The notes beneath the pieces are model-generated. The model had not been told where the DNA came from and ran no database searches. It worked only from the letters and a program-made list of their open reading frames with translations. The position numbers and the translations under genes were made by a program. 64,000 nucleotides of DNA from an uncultured Thermoplasmata archaeon. GTDB lineage: Archaea; Thermoplasmatota; Thermoplasmata; UBA10834. This document shows, one piece after another, positions 29,801 through 37,795 of this stretch; the stretch's first letter is position 1, and every line of letters begins with the position of its first letter. The DNA lies in the NCBI GenBank assembly GCA_963719945.1, contig CAVRDX010000004.1, positions 259,744 to 323,743 on the forward strand, in the 5' to 3' direction.

Positions 29801-30843
29801 GCGTTCCATGCGGAGAAGTCGCTCTTCCCGGTGCTGGCATTGTACGCATCGAAATACGATATCTCATCGCCCATGACGCACGCCTTGTCGTTGGTGAAAT
29901 CGAAATCGCGTGTGACATCGACGTAGACCGTATCGTAGACGCCGGCCACCTGTGAGTCAATGACCAGTACCGCGATGGGTCCTCCCCAGAGCTGCTCAAG
30001 GGTCCAGTCAGGGCTGTATCCCATGTGGACCACACCGCTCTGGCTCGATAGAGCGTTGCCATCGACATCGGTCAGTCCCTTAATCAGGTACTTCGTGCCG
30101 TCGAACTTCACGTACTTGCTATTCTTGACTGTGATCTCGGTCGAAGTGTCTACCACGCCTCCGCCCGTGCTGCCGCTCGCCCATTGGCTGGCGGCATAGT
30201 CATCGTAGCAGATGGGCCATCCGGCATATGTGCCGGACTCATACCTTGCCTGCTGTCCTTGCAGGTCTGGATGAGCCATGTCGAACCCGTCGTCGATGTC
30301 GGCCAACAGTATCGTCTCGCCCGTGTAACCGTCCTCCCATGCGGCCACCGCGCCATGTACCTCATCTACATCGATATCCTCTGGCTGCGGTGCAGCTACA
30401 GCGGCGACCTCTTCCCTCGCGAGGTCTACTCTGTACGAATCGACCATTGGTCTCTCATAAGCAAGGATGCTGGTCACTCCATCACTGTCTCCGAGCGCAA
30501 GGACCGTCTCCTTGTCCAGAGTCATGAGGCTCGTCAATTGGATGCCTGGAAATTCTTTTGCCTTTATCGGAGACAATCCTTCAGAGACCAGGAGTTCATT
30601 GACCATCTCCTTGTCCGATACGATCACATAGACTTCGAAGGGCCCGTCAGATTCCGACAAATCATTCAAGAGTCCGGAATCGATCTTGGACCCGCCCACA
30701 TAACCCACACTTCTCGCTACATCTCCGTTCACCGCTGCCTGCTCCGCAGCTATCGGTGCGGAGCCGAGAACGACGAACGATGTCATTACCATCAGAGATG
30801 CTAGCGCGAAACTCAGCGCGGCTTTCCTGAAAAACGTATTCAC
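26860..30843 (-). CDS. Secreted giant S8 (subtilisin-family) serine peptidase, 1327 aa
   Basis: Signal peptide (FALASLMVMTSFVVLGSAPIAA). Catalytic Asp DIDDGFDMAHPDL (about aa 183), His GTHGTMTSSAA (about 399), Asn SSGNGGPG, and Ser GSGTSHATPTAAG (about 591). GTG start preceded by GGGGGAG. Confidence 0.9.
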   Translation of the reverse strand: MNTFFRKAALSFALASLMVMTSFVVLGSAPIAAEQAAVNGDVARSVGYVGGSKIDSGLLNDLSESDGPFEVYVIVSDKEMVNELLVSEGLSPIKAKEFPGIQLTSLMTLDKETVLALGDSDGVTSILAYERPMVDSYRVDLAREEVAAVAAPQPEDIDVDEVHGAVAAWEDGYTGETILLADIDDGFDMAHPDLQGQQARYESGTYAGWPICYDDYAASQWASGSTGGGVVDTSTEITVKNSKYVKFDGTKYLIKGLTDVDGNALSSQSGVVHMGYSPDWTLEQLWGGPIAVLVIDSQVAGVYDTVYVDVTRDFDFTNDKACVMGDEISYFDAYNASTGKSDFSAWNAGDGYADYSGGMVYWISDGVNKYPASEWTYGAEFVAGSGDAVAFMGAYAGTHGTMTSSAALANGYTYGGQLEGMAPGAKLIAIPFTGSTVNAWLFAQFGVDGILGTGDEADIVTNSYGWSDTTVAAGYQLIDMIATTISMSGPTLWFWSSGNGGPGYGTVHSVTDYTSVHVGAGTTMQYRGIMGYEPAGNAQWGDVAPFSNSGPGRNGKLNSEIIASGMYSMEPAPLNYDPSMSVMVNEAIGNGYRHSQLGSGTSHATPTAAGGAALGYQAYKLANEGAIPVKDYAKAVLLASADDMHFDPFKQGSGWLNAKTFTDAMSGAAGVVSTTQGEVFTEGVVYPGDVYGQSYEMFPNFMLPGQEAIQGVTSNNFGTEDAEVVVSPEILLKTGSDTLNFVTKPRSDIYVDITTYVPASTDLLEVTMYIPYEQTDPEQDYVQNVEYWLEMHDWIDLNGNGVIGTSTGNWELFRYSVDGSQCNANQIMLKDPIERTSDGLIVRVRSIAPMAGTEVSLQLDYYELDEFPWAKVRAAGTGEWSSSLTATVPAGGQLAWELLVSVPDDAYVGSYGAAVYIDDGERMQCMPIVIHVPAQSYEFEFGGESYFDTPYNNEVTGVTDKYWRFEVGDWRIYWSLPTELPDPNAYLLTCVEWTDLPTDINIHILAPVATDPESEWSGVFDDPYGPGYYETGIASSDERYMGAGIFGSWTNTGGPKEAIAAPLGAYETAVGSPAPFAVVTRCPLISGDAPTETLEGYTKMIVLNGLEPSAVEFELDLSDGDPLAGSIPAWFDVNLDGEIEASGSGEDPTRSYLWENEPIYQGVLSSNFDSDLANAEYTMPIYVESAALLKVSVWEVSDCPDIDMGVWYDANEDGIASLTEPYWYVGAGGSDESLTLRDVADGTYLVKVLGYTVVGNPGYFGLNVQIGVEGTYTTAIGIEPLVSSGLYSFSIDYSMPAIPGTYVGAATFGFLGSSSMFRIEILITVVE

Positions 30844-30862
30844 TGTTTACTCCCCCTATACC

Positions 30863-30883
30863 TGACCACTCTGAGAGTGGTCA
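30863..30883. promoter_or_regulatory. Perfect 10-1-10 palindrome in the protease leader
   Basis: TGACCACTCT-G-AGAGTGGTCA lies between a TATA-like GTATTATACT (30914-30923) and the SD/GTG start at 30843. Confidence 0.4.
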
Positions 30884-31097
30884 TAACCGGTCAGTCCGAA
30901 ACCGCAATTAGCGGTATTATACTCTATCGGTCAAAGGGTGGGGTCAGTAGTACGAAAACTGAAGGAAATCGGTGCGTAAATGAACATGTGCGCGATTGCT
31001 GTCAAATCCCACTTTTCATGCCGTAAAATGTCGGAGATAGTCAATCGAAAGACGGTGTCACTTATCAATATTAAAGTACGAAGACGATTTCCCGTCC

Positions 31098-31105
31098 ATT
31101 ATAAT
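31098..31105 (+). promoter_or_regulatory. TATA box candidate for the SLC13 permease gene
   Basis: ATTATAAT is centred about 33 nt upstream of the ATG at 31134. Confidence 0.45.
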
Positions 31106-31133
31106 CATCGGAGTCCGAGAATGGAATGATACA

Positions 31134-32708
31134 ATGAACAAGTACTCTCCAAAACCTTGGATCGTCCATGGCGCGAATGAGCCCAGTGATAGAATCACTG
31201 CCAAACGGATTGGGAAATTGCTCCTCAGCAAGCAGAGGATCGGCCTCTTGCTAGGCCCTCTGATGTTCGCAATCATCGTGCTCATTCCAGAGCCACAGTC
31301 CATGATAGACGCTGCATCGAACGTTGGTGCATCTGATCGTGCTCCTCAGATTGCATTGGGCACACTTCTCTGGGTCCTCATCTGGTGGGTCTCGGAATGT
31401 GTTCCGCTGGGGATTGCCGCGTTGATCCCTCCGATAGTCTTCTCGATGTCGCGGATAGTCGGCTGGAAGACATCGCTCACATCCTTCACTGACCCAATAA
31501 TTTGGATATTCATGGCCGGTTTCGTTCTTGCTGCGGCATTCAGGAAGTGGGATCTGGACCGCCGAATCGCGGTGAAGCTAGGCCTGCTGTACAAGGGCAA
31601 GAATCCCATGATAGCCGCATTCTTTGTCGCGGCCTTGCCTGTCTTCATACTCACGCTTACCGGTTCCATCACGGCATCGACTGCAGTCGTGTTCCCTTTC
31701 CTGATCGCATATCTCTCGATGGCTGGAGTCAAATCCGGTGGCAGGTACAGTGAGGCTTGTATGCTCGTGCTCGCTCAAGCGGCGACCGCAGGCGCGATGC
31801 TGCTCCTCATCAGCACTCCACCCAACTTGATTGCCAAGAGTACTGCAGCGGAATTCGGGAACATCGACATCACTTTCTTGGACTGGCTAATTATCGGGAC
31901 ACCCCATGCTCTGATCGGCCTTCTCATCACTTGGGTGGTCGTTTTCAAAGTCTTGAAGCCCGAGGAGAAGAGTGTCGCCGTGGACCGCGACAAGATGATT
32001 GCTCTGTCCAAACAGCTTGGCCGTATGAGTAAGGGGGAGAAGGTTGTAGTCGGCCTGTTGCTCACAGCGATCAGCTTGTGGGTGCTCCCCTCAGTAGTCA
32101 AGATACTGGCGGGCTACAACGAAGGTCTTCAGCCTCTTTCCAACGATCTGACTGCCATAATGCCGGAGGCGATGCCTGCGGTCTTGGTGATTCTGCTGGC
32201 TGGTCTCATAAAGGTCAAGGGAGAACCGGTTCTCAAATGGGAGGAGCTTGCTCGAGGTATTGACTGGAACATCGTCTTCCTATTCGGAGGCGGCATCGCT
32301 CTGGGCATCGGACTCGCAGAGAGTGGGTTCGCGAATTGGCTCGCTACTGGCGTCAGTAGCGCCCTGGGGCCGGATCCGAGTGCATGGGCGATCTTCGCGA
32401 TGTCATGTGTGCTCGGGTTCTTGTTGACATATGCTGCATCGAACACGGCCGCTGCGTTGATCACCTGTCCCATAGCTGCGACCCTCGCATTAGGTGCAGG
32501 AGTGTCCCCGATCCCGCCGATCATTGGAGCCGCCCTCGCCTGTTCCATATCTAGTGCCATCCCGTCGACGACGCCCCCGATGGCGATCGTCTACAGCTCG
32601 GGATATGTCAAGATGTGGAGCATGTTCAAGGTAGGGATCATTTCAGATTTGCTCAGGCTGGGCGTGTTGATATTGATCGGCCCATTCCTTGCCAATCTGC
32701 TGCTGTAA
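31134..32708 (+). CDS. SLC13/DASS-family (divalent anion:Na+ symporter / ArsB-NhaD superfamily) permease
   Basis: 524 aa and highly hydrophobic, with duplicated hairpin-type motifs (ASNTAAALI, SSAIPSTTPPMAIV) typical of the family. Confidence 0.8.
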   Translation: MNKYSPKPWIVHGANEPSDRITAKRIGKLLLSKQRIGLLLGPLMFAIIVLIPEPQSMIDAASNVGASDRAPQIALGTLLWVLIWWVSECVPLGIAALIPPIVFSMSRIVGWKTSLTSFTDPIIWIFMAGFVLAAAFRKWDLDRRIAVKLGLLYKGKNPMIAAFFVAALPVFILTLTGSITASTAVVFPFLIAYLSMAGVKSGGRYSEACMLVLAQAATAGAMLLLISTPPNLIAKSTAAEFGNIDITFLDWLIIGTPHALIGLLITWVVVFKVLKPEEKSVAVDRDKMIALSKQLGRMSKGEKVVVGLLLTAISLWVLPSVVKILAGYNEGLQPLSNDLTAIMPEAMPAVLVILLAGLIKVKGEPVLKWEELARGIDWNIVFLFGGGIALGIGLAESGFANWLATGVSSALGPDPSAWAIFAMSCVLGFLLTYAASNTAAALITCPIAATLALGAGVSPIPPIIGAALACSISSAIPSTTPPMAIVYSSGYVKMWSMFKVGIISDLLRLGVLILIGPFLANLLL

Positions 32709-32835
32709 TCGGTCGCGTAATCATCTGGCGCGCGTCCGTTGAGCGCATGCCCGAGCGCGTGCGCGCGTGGCCAAGTGTGCCCATCATGCATGCTTAAATA
32801 CGATTGGAACACAAGTGTACGTATAGGGATGCACG

Positions 32836-33993
32836 ATGCCACTGGATTTCATCAGCAGCGCGCTTAGCAGGAATAGTGAGCGTTCGTCTTCCGAGCAATC
32901 GAATGACGATCTTGAGATTGAGAAGATTGCAGCGGGCCTAAATGTCCGTATCAAACTTGTTGGCTGTGGCGGAGCTGGTTCGAACACCGTCACCAGGTGT
33001 TACGAGGACGATCTCTCTGGCGTTGAGATGATCGCGATCAATACCGATGCCAAACATCTTCTATCCGTCAAATGCGGTCGGAAACTACTAATCGGAAAAG
33101 TCCTCACCAGGGGAATGGGTGCCGGTGCTAGACCAGAGATCGGTGAGAAGGCCGCGATGGAGAATGAGCGCGAGATAGGCGAGTTCATGAAGGAGGCGCA
33201 GATCGTCTTTGTCACCGCCGGTATGGGTGGCGGAACCGGCACGAGTTCATCGTTCGTCGCGTCGCGTCTCGCAAAGGAGGCACGCGCACTCACCATTGGT
33301 ATCGTCACTCTTCCGTTCAAATCCGAAGGGCAGATGCGAATGGATAATGCGCTGTCAGGATTGACGCGCTTGTCGAAAGTATGCGACACTACGATCGTGA
33401 TACCGAACGATACGCTGCTCGAACTAGTCCCCAACCTTCCTGTACAGGCTGCGTTCAAAGTAGCTGACGAACTTCTTCTGCAGACAATTCGGGGATTGAC
33501 CGAGATGCTCACTCGCTCAGGATTGGTGAATGTTGATTTCGCGGACCTGAGGACGATCATGGATGAAGGCGGAGTCTCGTTGATCGGTGTGGGTGAGTCA
33601 GATAGTGCTCCAGGCGACAGGATGGATGAAGCAGTCAACGAGGCAATGACTTCGCCGTTGCTGGGAATGATGGATCTGAAAGAGGCCAAGGGTGCATTGA
33701 TCAGGGTCGTTGGCGGTCCGGACATGACCATCGAAGAAGCAGCGAGGGCTGCGGAGATCATCTCAGGTAGACTGAGGCAAAATGGTCGGTTGATCTGGGG
33801 CTGCTCCCTCGAACCGGAGATGTCTGGCCGAGTCAAGATACTACTCATAGCGACAGGGGCGAAATCGCAGTACGTGCTTCGGAGAGATGGAGAAGATCCG
33901 GTCATGCAGTCGGCATGCCAGGATTACCGTGGCGAAATCAACCTGCCACCGGATATCCGTTCGGACGAAGACCTTGCGATGTTCGTCAGATGA
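32836..33993 (+). CDS. ftsZ: Cell division protein FtsZ
   Basis: GCGGAGSNTV and tubulin signature GMGGGTGTSS. Confidence 0.95.
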   Translation: MPLDFISSALSRNSERSSSEQSNDDLEIEKIAAGLNVRIKLVGCGGAGSNTVTRCYEDDLSGVEMIAINTDAKHLLSVKCGRKLLIGKVLTRGMGAGARPEIGEKAAMENEREIGEFMKEAQIVFVTAGMGGGTGTSSSFVASRLAKEARALTIGIVTLPFKSEGQMRMDNALSGLTRLSKVCDTTIVIPNDTLLELVPNLPVQAAFKVADELLLQTIRGLTEMLTRSGLVNVDFADLRTIMDEGGVSLIGVGESDSAPGDRMDEAVNEAMTSPLLGMMDLKEAKGALIRVVGGPDMTIEEAARAAEIISGRLRQNGRLIWGCSLEPEMSGRVKILLIATGAKSQYVLRRDGEDPVMQSACQDYRGEINLPPDIRSDEDLAMFVR

Positions 33994-34000
33994 ATCCGTG

Positions 34001-35905
34001 TCATATCCCTAGAATGATGTGAGCCGCTGTTCCCATGATGAGCGCTATTGAGACGGATCCCAACGCGACTAGGACTGTGCTCTTCATACCGAACTCCTTC
34101 ACCATCACAGCGAACGCAGCGATGCACGGCAGGAATATGGCCATCACGAGTGCGAACACGAACATCTGTTCAGGGGACAGCTGAAGTGCGAGGTTGCTCG
34201 TTCCGAACAGTATCATCAACATCTGCAGTGCCATCTCCTTCCTGAGTATGCCGAACACCAATGCGATCACGGTGACACCAGGAAGTCCTAGCAGAGTCAT
34301 CATGAACCATTCGGATGGACCTATCAATTTGTCCAGCCAGCCGATCACCATCATCGTCTCAAGGACGATGCTGCCTGCAAGCAGAAGCGGGAAAGCTATC
34401 GTGAGGAACTCCTTGACGCGTAGGTATGTTTTCGACAAAATCTGCATCAAGGATGGAGTTCTCAGATCGGGTATCTCGAGGAATAATCCCGTCGGTTCGA
34501 ACTTGATAATCTTATGCATCGCATAGCCGAGCGCGACCAGGATGCCCCCTAGTATGAAATATATCAGTAGCGCCCACCAGACACCTGCGTAATTCCCGAC
34601 GGTTCCGATGATGATTGCAGTCTGCGCAGAGCAAGGCACCGCTATCGTGATGAGGGTGGCGAGGATCAGTCGCTCTCTCTTCGACCCCATCGCCCTGGTG
34701 GCGAGTATTGCCGGCACATTGCATCCATACCCAACGACCATCGGGATTACAGCTCGTCCGTGAAGGCCGAATCTGTGCATGACGCCATCGAGCAAAGAGA
34801 CGACCCTTACGAGATATCCAGTGTCTTCAAGGACTGCAAGCATCAGGTAGAATACCAGTATGTACGGAACGACGATTGCTAGCATAGCCTCGATGCTAAG
34901 GTAGATCCCTTCGACGATTCCTTTTGCGATATCACTGGATAAACCGTTTTCAAAATCGTTGAAGGGTTGTCTAGCAAGGTCTGAATATGTCCCCACTAGC
35001 AATCCCTCGATTGCACCGCCGACGAATACCAGGATCAGGAATATTGACGCCAGTACCGCTACGAGGATCGGGATTCCAGTCGCGGGTCGAAGGGTCAAGT
35101 CTGAGATCAGGCTCCTGTCACGCCTCGCCGTGGCAACCTTACCGATGGCTTCATTCGAGATTCTGCCAGCTTCCCCAAATCTGTCCCTTTGAATGTGGAC
35201 TATGACATCCTCGCCATGCTGCTTTTCGAAGTTCTTCCGCATCTCCTCAATGAGTGTTGCGACCTCTGGCGTGGTCTTCTCCATCACCTTCGGATCCCCG
35301 CTCAGCAATCTGATAGCGGCTGCTCTCAACGGGATGTCCCATCTACTTTCATCGAGTCGGGATTCGATCTTTCTGATCATCTCTTCTATGTGCGAATCGT
35401 AGCGGACCTTGAACTTGCTCTTCTTTCTAAGCTGGACTGAAGTGAACAAAAGCGAATCGATCCCTTCTCCAGTGGTTGCCACTGTCGGGATGACTGGAAT
35501 CGATAGAATCCTTTCGAGTCGCTCGACATCGATTATGAGCTTCTTCTTCCTCATGATGTCGTACATGTTCAGCGAAGCGACGACATTGTATCCCGATTCT
35601 ATGAGCTCGAAGAGGAACACAAGATTCCTCTCCAATCTAGAGGAATCGAGCACTGCAATGACTGTATCTGGCCTTCTTTTGAAGAGAAGATCCGTGGCGA
35701 CCCGTTCGTCATCAGTATTTCCGTCGAGTGAATATGTTCCCGGAAGGTCGATCACCGTGATAGTTGACCCCATGAACTTTGCCTGTCCTTCTGAGAATTC
35801 GACCGTGGTTCCAGGATAGTTGGAACTGATTACTCCTACTCCAGTCAGTTTTCCGAATATCTGGCTCTTGCCAACATTCGGGTTCCCTGCGAGAGCGATC
35901 TCCAC
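34001..35905 (-). CDS. feoB: Ferrous iron transporter FeoB
   Basis: N-terminal G domain (IALAGNPNVGKSQIF, VIDLPGTYSL) followed by a polytopic membrane domain; 634 aa. Confidence 0.95.
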   Translation of the reverse strand: MEIALAGNPNVGKSQIFGKLTGVGVISSNYPGTTVEFSEGQAKFMGSTITVIDLPGTYSLDGNTDDERVATDLLFKRRPDTVIAVLDSSRLERNLVFLFELIESGYNVVASLNMYDIMRKKKLIIDVERLERILSIPVIPTVATTGEGIDSLLFTSVQLRKKSKFKVRYDSHIEEMIRKIESRLDESRWDIPLRAAAIRLLSGDPKVMEKTTPEVATLIEEMRKNFEKQHGEDVIVHIQRDRFGEAGRISNEAIGKVATARRDRSLISDLTLRPATGIPILVAVLASIFLILVFVGGAIEGLLVGTYSDLARQPFNDFENGLSSDIAKGIVEGIYLSIEAMLAIVVPYILVFYLMLAVLEDTGYLVRVVSLLDGVMHRFGLHGRAVIPMVVGYGCNVPAILATRAMGSKRERLILATLITIAVPCSAQTAIIIGTVGNYAGVWWALLIYFILGGILVALGYAMHKIIKFEPTGLFLEIPDLRTPSLMQILSKTYLRVKEFLTIAFPLLLAGSIVLETMMVIGWLDKLIGPSEWFMMTLLGLPGVTVIALVFGILRKEMALQMLMILFGTSNLALQLSPEQMFVFALVMAIFLPCIAAFAVMVKEFGMKSTVLVALGSVSIALIMGTAAHIILGI

Positions 35906-35914
35906 CCCATCACC

Positions 35915-36583
35915 TCAAGAAGCCCTCATGATCCGAAGGGTCGCTCCGATATCCCTGGCGATCGCCACCTTCGTGCCTTTCACGGAGACGATTATTGGTC
36001 CTCCCATTGGGATCTTCTTCTCCATCTTCACCTCAGAGCCCGGAACGAACCCCATCGCTAGTATCCTGCATAATTCGTCCTTGTTGGTCGACTCCAGATG
36101 TGAGACGGTTCCCACCTCTCCCTCGTCGAGATCCAGCAGAAGCACAGTATCGTTCGCGCATTTCTCACAAGGTATCCCCCGACCACATTTCGGTATCTTC
36201 TTGCCGTGGGGACATTCGGATGGATGGTTCAACAATCTGCAGAGCTGCTGTTCCGCTTCATCTGACAATGCATGCTCCATCTTGCACGCCTGTTCATGTC
36301 TGGAATTGCCTCTGATCCCAACATAATCATGCAGGAACCTTTCGAGGAGTCTATGCTTTCTGGTGACATTGCACGCTATTCTGCGCCCCTTCGGCTTAAG
36401 GGTGACTCCCTTGTACTTTTCATGACTGACATAGCCCTGCTTGGCGAGTTTCTGTATCATCTCGGTCACGGAGGCGGGTGAGATGGCCAGTGCCTCCGCT
36501 ATGTCCGAAGTCCTTGCCAGGCCGCCATCCTCTGTCAGGCTGTATACTATCTTGAGGTACTGCTCAGTTATCTCCGAGGCCAT
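35915..36583 (-). CDS. DtxR/IdeR-family metal-dependent repressor with Cys-rich insert and C-terminal FeoA domain
   Basis: wHTH N-terminus (EQYLKIVYSL...ISPASVTEMIQKLAKQGYV) and a DtxR dimerisation region (RKHRLLERFL). There is a Cys/His patch (HPSECPHGKKIPKCGRGIPCEKC) and a FeoA/SH3-like tail (GEVGTVSHLE...MGFVPGSEV). Confidence 0.88.
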   Translation of the reverse strand: MASEITEQYLKIVYSLTEDGGLARTSDIAEALAISPASVTEMIQKLAKQGYVSHEKYKGVTLKPKGRRIACNVTRKHRLLERFLHDYVGIRGNSRHEQACKMEHALSDEAEQQLCRLLNHPSECPHGKKIPKCGRGIPCEKCANDTVLLLDLDEGEVGTVSHLESTNKDELCRILAMGFVPGSEVKMEKKIPMGGPIIVSVKGTKVAIARDIGATLRIMRAS

Positions 36584-36594
36584 CTGAAGGGAAT

Positions 36595-36616
36595 TAGGCT
36601 GACCTAAATTATAAAC
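36595..36616 (-). promoter_or_regulatory. TATA box (36609-36616) plus iron-box-like operator (36595-36608) of the dtxR-feoB operon
   Basis: The minus-sense sequence is TTTATAAT-TTAGGTCAGCCTAA-TTCCCTTCAG-ATG. The palindromic arms are TTAGG/CCTAA, and the ATG is at 36583. Confidence 0.5.
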
Positions 36617-36672
36617 CTTGCTCCTGTGTGTGATCAGCTCCGAGGTCGTTCAACCTGGGTTCTGAGCTCTTT

Positions 36673-36882
36673 TCATTTCCGATGGTCAAGGTACCTCTTG
36701 AATGGGTATGTCTTCAGCTTGATGTCCCTCTCCCCATCAGGAGGATATTCCTCATTATATTCCATCTTAGCAACATCGAGTTCCTTCTCGTTCAGAGAGG
36801 ATGGTTTTATTCCATAATTCTGAACGAGCCAAGTCTCAAAATCGAATTTCAGCCAAACCACCATAAATGGAAGCACTAACAT
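36673..36882 (-). CDS. Hypothetical small protein at the 3' end of the cluster
   Basis: 69-codon ORF with balanced composition (KFDFETWLVQNYGIKPSSLNEKELDVAKMEYNEEYPPDGERDIKLKTYPFKRY). It lies in a locally AT-richer stretch. I recognise no family. Confidence 0.35.
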   Translation of the reverse strand: MLVLPFMVVWLKFDFETWLVQNYGIKPSSLNEKELDVAKMEYNEEYPPDGERDIKLKTYPFKRYLDHRK

Positions 36883-36982
36883 GGGAATTAAACCCTTTCA
36901 TGAAACGTCAGTTTTTTCGAGTAGCCCGGATAATCGCTCCCAACACTCGTTCATCGCATCGATGGCAGGACATTTCAATCGA

Positions 36983-37795
36983 TCATCGATGACGTTTCCC
37001 TTTTGCCATCTCTTTCGCCAAGATCTCATCGTACGGTATCTTGCCAAGGAAATCAACGCCTCTCTCCATTGCCATTCTCTCAATGGAACCCGTGGCGTCA
37101 GCGTTGATGTCTGCCCTATTCACGACGATGGCAGCTCTGATCCCAAAACCATGTACCAGGTCCAGTATTCTCTCGAGATCGCTGAGGCCAGAATTGGTCG
37201 GTTCAGTGACAACCACAGCAATGTTCGCGCCTGACAATGATGATATGACCGGGCATCCAACTCCCGGTGGTCCATCAACGAGAATGAATGGAAGATCATG
37301 TTCTCTTGCCATCATCCGGGCTTTTTGTTTTACTATCGCCACCAGCTTTCCCGAGTTCTCGGCACCTGGTTCCAGGAGCGCATGTATCATTGTTCCGCAG
37401 TCGGTTTCTGAGACGAACCAATCACCGACATACCTGTCCTTCATCTCGACTGCCCCATTGTCACATATCCTGGCACATAGAGCGCATCCTTCACACGCAT
37501 CTGCATCTATTCTGACCTTGCCAATGCCAGGATTGCCTGTGCTTAGTATGGCATCGAATCTGCATGCAGGGATGCACCAACCACAACTGGAGCACATGGT
37601 ATCATTTATCTCCGCAATCTTCGAACCGATGAAACGCTCACTCTGAACCATCTTTGGCCTAAGCATCAGATGAAGGTTCGGCGCATCGACGTCACAATCC
37701 GCCAGCACTTTATCATGCATCACAGAGGCCAGAAATCCTAGAAATGTGGTCTTGCCAGTTCCACCTTTTCCGCTTATTACGACGATTTCCTTCAT
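36983..37795 (-). CDS. MinD/ParA-type P-loop ATPase with inserted 2x[4Fe-4S] ferredoxin domain (copy 2)
   Basis: Deviant Walker A VISGKGGTGKTT. Ferredoxin motifs CSSCGWCIPACRFDAI and CEGCALCARICDNGAV. ATGA overlap with copy 1. Confidence 0.85.
   Translation of the reverse strand: MKEIVVISGKGGTGKTTFLGFLASVMHDKVLADCDVDAPNLHLMLRPKMVQSERFIGSKIAEINDTMCSSCGWCIPACRFDAILSTGNPGIGKVRIDADACEGCALCARICDNGAVEMKDRYVGDWFVSETDCGTMIHALLEPGAENSGKLVAIVKQKARMMAREHDLPFILVDGPPGVGCPVISSLSGANIAVVVTEPTNSGLSDLERILDLVHGFGIRAAIVVNRADINADATGSIERMAMERGVDFLGKIPYDEILAKEMAKGKRHR

Noticed and set aside
32709-32790. GC-rich GCGCGC-containing stretch downstream of the SLC13 gene (GGCGCGCGTCC...GTGCGCGCGTGG), considered as a terminator hairpin or repeat.
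   Set aside because: The pairing is ambiguous because GCGCGC is self-complementary. There is no following T-run and no second copy elsewhere in the window.
36883-36982. Tiny ORFs immediately after the second MinD-ferredoxin gene: MSCHRCDERVLGAIIRATRKN (21 aa, CxxC) and (M)KCPAIDAMNECWERLSGLLEKTDVS (26 aa). I also considered whether they are fragments of one broken gene together with ORF 36673..36882.
   Set aside because: They are too short and have no recognisable family. I could not build a convincing single reading frame from the pieces.
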